Shown: piece by piece, positions 24,655 through 36,210 of the stretch
Position numbering within the stretch: position 1 is the first letter of the stretch
Layout of the letters: every line of letters begins with the position of its first letter
Assembly (NCBI RefSeq): GCF_963921235.1
Contig: NC_086108.1
Location: 16,058,001-16,122,000 of the forward strand
Direction: 5' to 3'
DNA from: Mobula hypostoma
Taxonomy: Eukaryota
Length of the DNA: 64,000 nucleotides
Made by a program: the position numbers and the translations under genes
Notes under the pieces: model-generated
Told to the model about the DNA's origin: nothing
What the model saw: the letters and a program-made list of their open reading frames with translations, nothing else
Database searches by the model: none

Positions 24655-27600
24655 GTGCGTAAAGTGCATCCAGCAGCAGCTCCTTGGAGACTGTGTTAGG
24701 GATCTGGAGCAGCATAGAAAACATAGAAAATAGGTGCAGGAGTAGGCCATTCAGCCCTTCGAGCCTGCACCGCCATTTATTATGATCATGGCTGATCATC
24801 CAACTCAGAACCCTGCACCAGCCTTCCCTCCATACCCTCTGATCCCCCTAGCCACAAGGGCCATATCTAACTCCCTCTTAAACATAGCCAATGAACTGGC
24901 CTCAACTGTTTCCTGTGGCAGAGAATTCCACAGATTCACCACTCTCTGTGTGAAGAAGTTTCTCCTAATCTCGGTCCTAAAAGGCTTCCCCTTTATTCTC
25001 AAACTGTGACCCCTTGTTCTGGACTTCCCCAACATCGGGAACAATCTTCCTGCATCTAGCCTGTCCAATCCCTTTAGAATTTTATACGTTTCAATCAGAT
25101 CCCCCCTCAATCTTCTAAATTCCAACGAGTACAAGCCTAGTTCATCCAGTCTTTCTTCATATGAAAGTCCTGCCATCCCAGGAATCAATCTGGTGAACCT
25201 TCTTTGTACTCCCTCTATGGCAAGGATGTCTTTCCTCAGATTAGGGGACCAAAACTGCACACAATACTCCAGGTGTGGTCTCACCAAGGCCTTGTACAAC
25301 TGCAGTAGTACCTCCCTGCTCCTGTACTCGAATCCTCTTGCTATAAATGCCAGCATACCATTCGCCTTTTTCACCGCCTGCTATACCTGCATGCCCACTT
25401 TCAATGACTGGTGTATAATGACACCCAGGTCTCGTTGCACCTCCCCTTTTCCTAATCGGCTACCATTCAGATAATAATCTGTTTTCCTATTTTTGCCACC
25501 AAAGTGGATAACTTCACATTTATCCACATTAAATTGCATCTGCCATGAATTTGCCCACTCACCCAACCTATCCAAGTCACCCTGCATCCTCTTAGCATCC
25601 TCCTCACAGCTAACACTGCCGCCCAGCTTCGTGTCATCCGCAAACTTGGAGATGCTGCATTTAATTCCCTGGTCTAAATCATTAATATATATTGTAAACA
25701 ACTGGGGTCCCAGCACTGAGCCTTGCGGTACCCCACTAGTCACTGCCTGCCATTCTGAAAAGGTCCCGTTTATTCCCACTCTTTGCTTCCTGTCTGCTAA
25801 CCAATTCTCTATCCACATCAATACCTTACCCCCAATACCGTGTGCTTTAAGTTTACACACTAATCTCCTGTGTGGGACCTTGTCAAAAGCCTTTTGAAAA
25901 TCCAAATATACCACATCCACTGGTTCTCCCCTATCCACTCTACTAGTTACATCCTCAAAAAATTCTGAGATTCGTCAGACATGATTTTCCTTTCACAAAT
26001 CCAAACTGACTTTGTCCGATGATTTCACCACTTTCGTAATGTGCTGTTATCACATCTTTGATAACTGGCTCCAGCAGTTTCCCCACCACCGATGTTAGGC
26101 TAATCGGTCTATAATTCCCCGGTTTCTCTCTCCCTCCTTTTTTAAAAAGTGGGGTTACATTAGCCACCCTCCAATCCTCAGGAACTTGTCCAGAATCTAA
26201 CGAGTTTTGAAAAATTATCACTAATGCATCCACTATTTCTTGGGCTACTTCCTTAAGCACTCTGGGATGCAGACCATCTGGCCCTGGGATTTATCTGCCT
26301 TTAATCCCTTCAATTTACCTGACACCACTTCCCTACTAACATGTATTTCGCTCAGTTCCTCCATCTCACTGGACCCTCTGTCCCCTACTATTTCTGGAAG
26401 ATTATTTATGTCCTCCTTAGTGAAGACAGAACCAAAGTAATTATTCAATTGGTCTGCCACGTCCTTGCTCCCCATAATCTATTCACCTGTTTCTGTCTGT
26501 AGGGGACCTACATTTGTCTTTACCAGTCTTTTCCTTTTTACATATCTATAAAAGCTTTTACAGTCAGTTTTTATGTTCCCTGCCAGTTTTCTCTCATAAT
26601 CTTTTTTCTCCTTCCTAATTAAGCCCTTTGTCCTCCTCTGCTGAACTCTGAATTTCTCCCAGTCCTCAGGTGAGCCACTTTTTCTGGCTAATTTGTATGC
26701 TTCTTCTTTGGAATTGATACTATCCCTAATTTCCCTTGTCAGCCACGGGTGCACTACCTTCCCTGATTTATTCTTTTGCCAAACTGGGACGAACAATTGT
26801 TGGAGTTCATCCATGCAATCTTTAAATGCTTGCCATTGCATATCCACCGTCAATCCTTTAAGTGTCATTTGCCAGTCTATCTTAGCTAATTCACGTCTCA
26901 TACCTTCAAAGTTACCCCCCTTTAAGTTCAGAACCTTTGTTTCTGAATTAACTATGTCACTCTCCATCTTAATGAAGAATTCCAGCATATTATGGTCACT
27001 CTTACCCAAGGGGCCTCTCACGACAAGATTGCTAATTAACCCTTCCTCATTGCTCAAAACCCAGTCTAGAATAGCCTGCTCTCTAGTTGGTTCCTCGACA
27101 TGTTGGTTCAAAAAACCATCCCGCATACATTCTAAGAAAAGCAGCTGGAGGACCTTAGGCTTGTGTGGGAGAGTGAGGAGATAATCCATCAGAGTTACAG
27201 GGATGTAGTCACCCGTAAGTTGCAGGAGGCGAGTAGCTGGGTGACTGTCAGGAGAAATGAAGATGTGAATAGGCAGTTAGTGCAGAGCACCCCGTGGCCA
27301 TTCTCCTCAATAATAAATATACCATTTTGGAAACTGTTGTGGGGGATGACCTCCCAGGGGAATGCCATGGAGACCAGGTTACTGACACTGAGCATGGGTC
27401 TGGGAAAGAGGGAGAAGAGTAGTGATATGGGACTCAATAGTCAGAGGAACAAACAAGACATTCTGTGGATGTGAACTGGACACCCAGATGGTTGTTGCCT
27501 CCTAAGTGCCAGGGTCAGGATCTCAGATCATGTCCACAACATTTTGGACATAAGAAGAAAAAGCAAAGAGATCCTGAAGGAAGAACTTAGAGGGCTAGGC

Positions 27601-28990
27601 AGAAAGCGGAGAAGCAGAAGAAGAACCTCTAGGGCAGTACTTGCTGGATTGCTGCCTGTGCCACGCACCGGTGAAGATAGAAACAGGATTAATGTGTGGC
27701 TGAAAAGCTGGTTCAGGGGGCAGGTTCGTAGTGGATCTCAAGAGAGTGAGTTTGTTGAAAGCCTAGAAGATGGCTTTTTAGAGTAGTATGTTATTGAGCC
27801 TTCTTGGGGATCAACTATACTGGATTGGGTGTTATGTAAGGAACCAGAGGTGATTAGGGAGCTTGAGGTAAAATAATCCTTAGGAGGCAGTGATCACAAT
27901 ATGATTGAATTCAACTTGAAATTTGATAGGGAGAAAGTAAAGTCTGACGTAGTGGTATTTCAGTGGAGTAAAGGAAATTACAGTGGTATGAGAGAGGAGT
28001 TGGCCAAAGTAAATTGGAAGGAGCTGCTGGCAGGGATGTCAGCAGAACAGCAATGGTGTGCGTTTCTGGGAAAAATGAGGAAGGTGCAGGATAGATGTAT
28101 TCCAAAAATGAAGAAATACTCAAATGTTAAGATATTACAACTGTGGCTGACAAGGGAAGTCAAAGCTAATGTATTTACATTAATGTTTTACACAAAAGAG
28201 AAGACATACAACAAAGCAAAAATTAGTGGGAAGACGGAGGATTGGGAGTTCAAAACTCTGAGATGCAAAGAGAATTGGAAGTCCTTGTGTAGAATACCGT
28301 AAAGGTTAACTTGCAGGTAGAGTCGGTGGTGAGGAAGGCAAGTACAATGTTAGCATTCATTTTAACAGAACTAGAAAACGAGAGGAGGGATGTGATATTG
28401 AGACTTTATAAGGCACTAGTGAGGTCTCACTTGGAGTATTGTGAACAGTTTTGGGCTCCTCATCTGAGAAAAGATGAGTTGGCATTGGAGAGGGTCCAGA
28501 GGAGGTTCACAAGGATGATTCCAGGAATGAAAGGGTTATCGTATGAGGAACACTTGATGGCTCTGGGCCTGTACTGACTGGAATTTAGAAGGATGGGTTG
28601 GGGGAGGTCTCATTAAAACATTTTCTATGTCAAGAGGCCTAGACAGAGCAGATGTGGAAAGGATGTTTCCCATGGAAGGGGAGTCTAGGACAAGAGGGTA
28701 CAGCCTCAGGATAGAGGAGCATCGATTTAAAATAGAGATGTGGTGAAATTTCTTTGGCCAGAGGGTGGTAAATTAGGAATTTGTTACTACAGGCTACAGT
28801 GGAGGCCAGGTCATTGGGTGTATTTTAGGCAGAGATTGATAGATTCTTGATTGGCCATGGCATCAAAGGTTATGGGGAGAAGGCCGGGAAGTGGGGCTGA
28901 GACGGAAAAATAAGGATCAGACATGATTGAAAGATAGAACAGAATCGATGGGTAAAATGGCCTAATTCTGTTCCTATTTTTTATGGTCAA
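24655..28990 (+). mobile_element. Decayed CR1 pieces (ORF1, endonuclease-linker, 3' end) hosting a young CR1
   Basis: ORF1-like coiled-coil/esterase sequence runs continuously across the 24714-27139 insertion; ORF2 fragments at 27901-28577. Confidence 0.7.
24714..27139 (-). mobile_element. CR1 LINE (young family), longest copy, ~2.4 kb
   Basis: From the end of the endonuclease (LGKSDH) through RT to the tail, with a few stops and frameshifts. TSD AGCAGC at 24708-24713 and 27140-27145. Confidence 0.95.
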
Positions 28991-29902
28991 TCCCATGCCA
29001 AATATTTCACTTTCTTTTAATCAAGTGGAACATGATAAATGATTTCCTGAAATCCAAATCTGCCAGCATGGGCACTCCTGAAATGTCTTGTACCAGGAGG
29101 TTGAGAACAACCTCAAAACCACAACTGCTGATTTTTGTCGGCTTAAAGCAACAAGTGGTATGAAGCAAAAGTTTATCTAAAATGTTCTATTTTTCATGAT
29201 TTTTGATACTCCTGGTATCCTCTCACTGGGATACAGTCTGTAAGTATAGCAGGGAACAGTGAATTCTTGGCGGTGTAGCACAGCACAGACAGATGTGCGA
29301 ATGAGCTGTAGGAGGGGAGCCCAATGGGGTTGGCACCAGGCAGTAAAATTTTGTACTGGCTCAAACTACCTTAAACACAAATGGTAGGTTAAAGTGAACT
29401 TGTGCCTCGATACTAGCTTGGCAACGGTTTCATAAAACTCCAGGGCAGAAACCCTAAAGAGAAAGACTGTTCTGGAGGTAAGCCCTGGACTTGATGTAAA
29501 TTATTTCTGCCTACACAGTGCCACTCTTCCCCTCCCTCCTGGTGTAAACTCTGACTAGGCTATGTCCCTCCTGATGACAGAGGGTTTCCAGTCTATGATG
29601 AGGGATGTACTATCATTAAGAGCGCCCTGGGCACTCAACTTTGACGTTCAGCGTTTGTGCTAAACACCTTTCCTGGAACTTCGGGCATCTCATCATAATC
29701 ACAGCTTTTATAGCCTGTGAAGCAGCGTGACCTTTCTACATGGGGACAAAGATAAAGCACAAAACTCACTGCACTGAAGTTACGAATCCAAAATGTTTCT
29801 GTGGGCTGGATCTTTACTCAGACTTATAAAGCTGGGCAATGCCAAGCACAGAATGACCCCCGGTTAGTCTGGATTCCCTGAACTGTGTAACACACTCTAA
29901 GG

Positions 29903-29981
29903 CAGGACTTGTCAACGCTTTTTATGCCAGTGAGCCTTACCATTAACTAGGGGTTCGTGGACCCCACTTTGGGAACTCCTA
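29903..29981. mobile_element. Mini hAT MITE (79 bp), related to 20761-20847 in opposite orientation
   Basis: 8-bp TSD CTCTAAGG; degenerate CAGG... termini. Confidence 0.7.
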
Positions 29982-30053
29982 CTCTAAGGTGATCCCTGTC
30001 CAGGGTATTTTTTAGGAGGAAGGAAAGTAAGAGGAACAGAGGCTATTGCTCAC

Positions 30054-30192
30054 CCGGAGACGTGGAGGATTGTCTGCCTGCAGGAACAACTTGAAGATCA
30101 TTGCCACTCTGGCCCGAAGCAATCCCTCATAAATGTCATCATGCATCCCCATTCGGGCCATAATGATTGCCGCTTCTGATCGCCTTATATAA
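30054..30192 (-). CDS. RGSL1: RGSL1-like coding exon D (139 nt)
   Basis: Acceptor tttctgttccgttccag, donor gtgagc. Encodes (H)YIRRSEAAIIMARMGMHDDIYEGLLRARVAMIFKLFLQADNPPRLR; compare recalled RGSL1 KLFLNSDIPPKLR. Phase 2 to phase 0. Confidence 0.88.
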
Positions 30193-32300
30193 CTGGAACG
30201 GAACAGAAATTATCAGCAGGCATACCCAAGAACTTAAAATCTCAATCACTCAAGGTCCTAATATACTCTCATTCCTGGGATTGCTGGGGAAACTACGTAT
30301 ATAGTTGGAACTTTGTACTTAAAGTTTGGTTTACCAACTTTTGGAGTGGTTAATGACACTGTTTTGGGGGAGGATTAATTTTCTATTTCTACTGTCCTAA
30401 ACTGGACTGAATCTGAACCTTTTGGATGGATTTTTTTTCTCTCATCTACCATTGCATACATGTCTTGGCAATGTTGTATTTTGGTATGCAAAAGATTTTG
30501 CCCAACCACGTGCAGTTTGTTCCACTCCCGGTCTCTATCTGCCTACCAGCTTCTGACTGGAACGTGACAGTGTTACTCTTTTCTATCTTCTCTTTGTTTT
30601 GGTTTTTATGACCAAAACACATTTTATGTGGCGAATATTTTGGGGGTGTGGTTTGCTTTAAAATAACTTTAATAAAACAACAAAGAAACAAAATTTGTAT
30701 TAATATCTTGTCCTTGATGTCTTGGGATGCACCGTTCCCCAGGAACTCTCACCATTCATACGAGGCCTAAGCAGACGTTGTATGCTTCCTTCTTGGAGCT
30801 ACCCAGTCAGGTGTGTAATCTCAGCAGAGAAGCCTCTCTGATGGCTCACTTACACTACCTGGATCTGTGAGTGACCAAGCCCAGGAGCAGACCAAGTAGT
30901 ACGGCCCTCTGCCTGAAGATGAGAGATGTGGAGTTGGATTTGGGAAGCACCCTGCTTAAGTACTGAAATAGGCTGCAATCTCAAGCACTTCATATCAGCT
31001 GTCTATATACTGAAGTGAATTATAGAGTTATCTGTGAGTCCTTGAACTAGCTTACATCCCAGCCTCCTGAAATTCATTCACAACCCACACAACTCTCACT
31101 ACCAATACTCACAGGCATGCACCCTCACTATAATTCACATCCTCTGTTGCTATAACTGCTCATGCACGTTCTGACTACAGTCACTCATATGCATTCTCAT
31201 CAGCCCACATTTACTGTAACCATTCAGAGGAATGCTCACTCTCGTTGTCTTGGATATTTCACTTGTGATCGCAAGTCTCTATTGGACAGTGACAATGTAA
31301 GTTACCAAAGGACTGTTGCCGTTGTCTGGTGGAGGGACAGTGTACAGAGATGTGTGGTCTCAGTTGTAGTGAGAACTAGGACTCAAACCTCAGACTTGCT
31401 TACTGCTGCAGACCAGATGAGCGATGCAAAAGCATGGTGAGCTCAGCTGGGGCCTGGCCTCTTCTGTCGGTGCCGCCCTCCCGTGTTTGTGTGGTGGAAT
31501 AACAGGCTGAATTGAGTATGTCTCTGTATACTGCCGAAAGGTTGCACCATCAATTGCTGGACATTGTCGCTCAGGGTCTCGGACTATATATTTGTGTTTT
31601 TTTTAATATGCTTCTTTGTTCAATATTTTGAATTGTGTAACTTTTGTAATGCTCAGTTATATTGGCTCGTATATGTCTAAGGGAAATCCCACCCAGCACC
31701 TGCCTGAACGCTTCCCACTGAGTCGGTTGCGGTCCACTGCCGCACGAATCAATCCCAAACATCAATCATCAGCCAGCACACACAGTACACTTTACCAAGT
31801 ACACTTTATAGATATTACTAAGTCTATGAAATTAATATATATTCGATACAGAAAAGGAAGTAATGGAAAAAAAGGCACCAGACTTATCAAAGTCCAAGTT
31901 CTTCGTGCACAACCGTTGGAGCTCAATAAATTCCTGACGACCACCCGGATCCTGTCGACTCACGGCTCGGGACCACCCGGAGCCTTTTGCACGTCCACCG
32001 TCCTCCCTGTCTCTCCTTCGACTCCCCGCCAAAAACCCCGTCCTCCGTTCTCCCCATCTCTCCTCCGACTCCCTGCCAAAACCCCCATCCACCATCCTTC
32101 CCGTCTCTCCCCCGACTCCCCACCAAAAACCTCGTTCCCAGTCAAATGAGACAGCATTATCACCCGAAAAGACGATAACATGAATACCCATTGGCTAATA
32201 GCACCCTGCTGTCTGTATTAACCCAAGCAAATATCTAGATAGAAACTTTCTCAGCATTGAACATAACAAAGAAGCATTCCCAAGTATAACATAACAAAGA

Positions 32301-32400
32301 CAACACACATCAAAGTTGCTGGTGAATGCAGCAGGCCAGGCAGCATCTCTAGGAAGAGGTACAGTCGACATTTCAGGTCGAGACCCTTCGTCAGGACTAA
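32301..32400 (-). mobile_element. Penelope pLTR fragment inserted in one Gypsy LTR
   Basis: Absent from the sister LTR at the equivalent point (~36990); same pLTR family as the copies at 1468 and 11738. Confidence 0.8.
32362..32398 (-). ncRNA. Minimal type I hammerhead ribozyme motif (PLE-type)
   Basis: AGUC-CUGACGA-A-GGGU(CUCG)ACCU-GAAA-U-GUC|GACU: intact core, stem I and stem II; stem III minimal. Confidence 0.65.
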
Positions 32401-33019
32401 CCATTTTAAATTTAACATACAAATAAAAGACCCCGTACACTCTCCCCCACCAAATGAAAGTCATGCCCTCATGACGTTAACAGGGTTCACCATTGCTCCT
32501 TGCAAAACACAAAACCCAACCCAGGTGTGTAAAGCAGTGACATAACTTCCCAGGGCACTAGAGATCACACCCTGTTCTCCCGGCGCTGTATAAGTTAGTC
32601 TCTCTGGGGGGGGGGTGTCTACTCCTCTGAGACCTCTGTACTTCCTCTGCTGACTCTTCCTGTTCAGACACCCCAGGCGACACCCCGGGCCTACCTGTCG
32701 GACCCTCACCCTCACGGGGACCCCTTGGCACCTGTGAGCCCTCTGCCTCAGGTTCTTGCTCCACCCTCTCCTCCCCCAATCCTGGCTGTAATACAGGTGG
32801 CTCTGCAACACCCTCCCTTCCCTCCCCTAACTCAGCGAGGGAAGGGCCAGGAGCCTCTTCTCCCGGCACTGGGGAATCAGCGAACGGAAACAGGTACCAC
32901 ACGTTCCAATCATCGTCTTCCAATGAGGTAACCCTTTTCGAGGTGGGGACCGGCCCCGTCTCCTTCGCAGTGGGCTCTTCCCTCGCCCCGCGCCCTCGCA
33001 GAGTCCTCGTACTAGCCAT

Positions 33020-34760
33020 AAACTCCCATTCGCGCTCTGGGTCTACCTTCCTTTTCTTCCCCACAGGTGGATAACCACACAACAGCTGGTTCAATGGGTG
33101 ATTATTTTTCGCATATCCTTTCACGAATCGCCGGTAATACCCACAAAACCCCAAAAACGAGCATAAGACGCTCACCTTCTGGGGTCTCGGCCAGGTGGTT
33201 ACTGCGGCTATCTTAGCGGGATCAGTATATGTGCCCAACATAGCTGACCAATGACTTACAGAACTGACACTTATCCAGGGAAAGCTTCAACCCTTCTTCC
33301 TTTAGCCGACTCAGCACCTTCAGCAGCCGCTCCTCATGTTCCTCCAATGTAGATCCAAACACTATCAGGTCGTCCAGGTACACCAATACCTCCAGCAGGT
33401 TCATGTCCCCCACTGTCCGCTCCATGAGCCGCTGGAAGGTGGCTGAGGCCCCCGATATGCCTTGGGGCATTCGTTCGAACTGGAAAAATCCCAGGGGGCA
33501 GATAAAGGCCGTCTTCTCTTTATCAGCCTCACTCATCGGAATCTGGTAATACCCACTCCGCAAATCCAATACACTAAACCACTGCGCCCCACTCAAACAG
33601 GCCAATGCGTCTTCCACCCTCGAGACCGTATATTGGTCGGGAACAGTGCGGCGGGTCAGGGTCCTATAGTCCACGCACATGCGTACCTTCCCATTTTTCT
33701 TCCTTGCCACCACTATGGGGGATGTATAGGGGCTTCGGGACTCCGCGATAATCCCTGCGTCTTTCAACTGCCGCACATCTTCCACATCTGCTGGGGCCAA
33801 CCGCCGCGACCTCTCCCTAAACGGGGTGTCATTTGTTACCCGAATGGTGTGCCGAGTGCTCTTGGAACATCCCACATCAAACTCGTCCTGAGAAAAGACA
33901 CCCCCTAACTTCAGCATCTTCTCCACCAGCCTGCTCTTATACTCCAGCGGTACAGGGGAGTCTTTAAAATTAAAGACCGCCTCAGCCAGCCCCCCCCCCC
34001 CCCGTTCTCCAATAGTTTTCCTCCCATGGGTCTCACGGGGGCGCTGGGCATCATCGTTACCGGGAACAAGTGCGCAAGGAGCATCCCGCGCTTAAAGGTG
34101 ATCTCCCGCTCCGTTATGTTCCTCACCATCACCCCCATCCGCCGTGCCTGTACAGCTGAGGGCCTCTGCAATTCAGGTCTCACCAGCGCCCCAGCCGGGA
34201 ACCGGGACTCCCCTTTCAGGTCGTCGGGGACGTCTACTAGCAGGGCCTCGCCCGCCGGTACTCCGGGGAATCTGGGGGTCCCCATCACTAATGCCTCCTC
34301 CCCTGGCCGTATCACCTAAGGCCTCGCCTGAGTGCACCACACCGTCCCTCGTTTGCACTCAGGATCCAGCCCTTGGGAGTCACCCACTCCTTCGTACACC
34401 GTTCAAAACACTGGGTGTACCGAGAGGGTCTCCAGAAAGTTTTCCCCCGCCTTCTTCTTACAGGCACCCAAGAGCCGTCGCACCAGAGAGGAGCGCCACC
34501 GGTTTCCACCGGGTCCGGACAGACCAACACCAGCGTCTCAAGGGCTTCCGACACTCCCACATCGCCCTCCGAGAATTCCAATCTCACTGACAGGTACCCA
34601 TCGTACGGGTAATCACTGTCACTTATGCCCCAAATCTCCAGCACATTAAACGGGGTTACTTCAGATATTTGTTGTAGAACAACCGGTACAGTAAGGTAAC
34701 CTGCGATCCTGTGTCAAGGATGGCTCTTGCAAAGTTTCCCTCTATCCGTAGGGACACGCT
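33020..34760 (-). pseudogene. Gypsy pol (protease and RT), frameshifted; RNase H and integrase missing
   Basis: ILDTGSQVT protease; RMCVDYR, LDLRSGYYQ, MPQG and YLDD in RT; FLGFCGYYRRFV connection region. Confidence 0.88.
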
Positions 34761-34854
34761 GGAACGGGGTCCCTCCGGAATAAGAGCTTGTACTTTCCGG
34801 GGTTCCATGCTGCTTTCTGGGAACGCGTTCCTCCTGAGACTCCAGTCCGTTCCC

Positions 34855-36210
34855 TCACTGAGCCTCTCCTAAGTTTCCCGACACCTCTCCCTTCTTAGTG
34901 GCCCGGTGGCCCTCTCCCCTCGGAGCATCTTGTCTCTCACAATCCCTCCGCAAGTGACCCACTTCCCCACAGCTGTAGCACACCCCCGGCCACTCACATT
35001 CCAACCGGAAATGCCCCTCCCTCCCACAGTTATACACATGCTATCCGCTGCTTCTCTCCTCCCGGGACGCCCCCCCCCCGCCGAAGGGGGTACCCCCCTG
35101 TCCATCCCCTCAAGCGGGGGGGGGGGTCCCTCCCCCGGGACCCCTTGGATTTCTCCGTTCTCAACCCAGCTACCGCCTCCTGAACCGCTGAAGACCGTCC
35201 CCAGGGGTCCGAGCCCCCCACCCCCGTTCGGCCCAAAGCACTCTCCTCCTCCCGCACCTCTCTAATCAGCTGCCTGAATGATGGAGGGGGGCTCCTCTTA
35301 TATGACTGCCGGATACTCCAAGCCACCCTGTCATCCTCCCGGGAACCTCTACGTATCTGGCTCATCCTCAACTTCCCCACTTTGTCCAACCTTCACTATC
35401 CCTTGGCGCCGCAGCCTAGTAAGCTTTCCTTCCAGCTGGAAAATGTATTCTGAGAGCTTTACCCCTCTTCCCTGCCCCATTTTTTGAAACTCCGCTAAAA
35501 GTCGCCAGGGGTCTCCTGACAGTCCAAACACTCCGACAGGGAAGCCGAAGGCTGTTCCACTCTCAACTCGCGGACTACACTGGCTGCCCCACCCCTCAAA
35601 CTTTCCACCAATCGCTGTCTCTTTTCCTCATCCGAAACTGACCACGCCTCTAACAACTGGGACGTATTCTCAATCCATACCTCATAGTCATCCTCCCCTT
35701 CCTGGGTGGGCATGGCTCCTGAGAAAATTCTCAGCTTCTGGCCAGGACCCTCAACCCTTCTCACCAGGGAGATAATGGCAGCTGCTAACTCGGAGGTCTC
35801 ACCCCTAACTGGGGGATGGGGCCTGGCCAAGCCTTCCCACTCCACACCTCCACCCCTGGCTACTGGCACCTCCCCTGGGGCCTCATCTAGCTCCTCCTCC
35901 AGCACCTCCTCACTTTCGTCCTCCGGGAGGGTGTGGAGACCCCACGGCCACACCTCCCCCGGACGTAGACTGTCGCTGGTAGTTCCAATGTCATGACGTC
36001 GGCACTCACCTGAACCAATATCCAGCTGGACTCCAGTTCTTTCCCACACCTTCTAGCTATAAGTTCTACCTGCCCGATACCTTTAATCAAACTCAACCCT
36101 CGCGCTAGTACATCTGCCGAAATGCGGAAATCCACCCCACTTAGCACGCACGCATGATTCACCAGTACCTCCTCTAATTCACACCAACTTACAATCTTAT
36201 CTCGATCCAT
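34855..36210 (-). pseudogene. Gypsy gag (PNMA-like capsid, two CCHC knuckles), frameshifted
   Basis: KLRIFSG...DYEVWIE...EKRQRLVESLRGGA; YNCGREGHFRLEC and CYSCGEVGHLRRDC. Confidence 0.85.
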
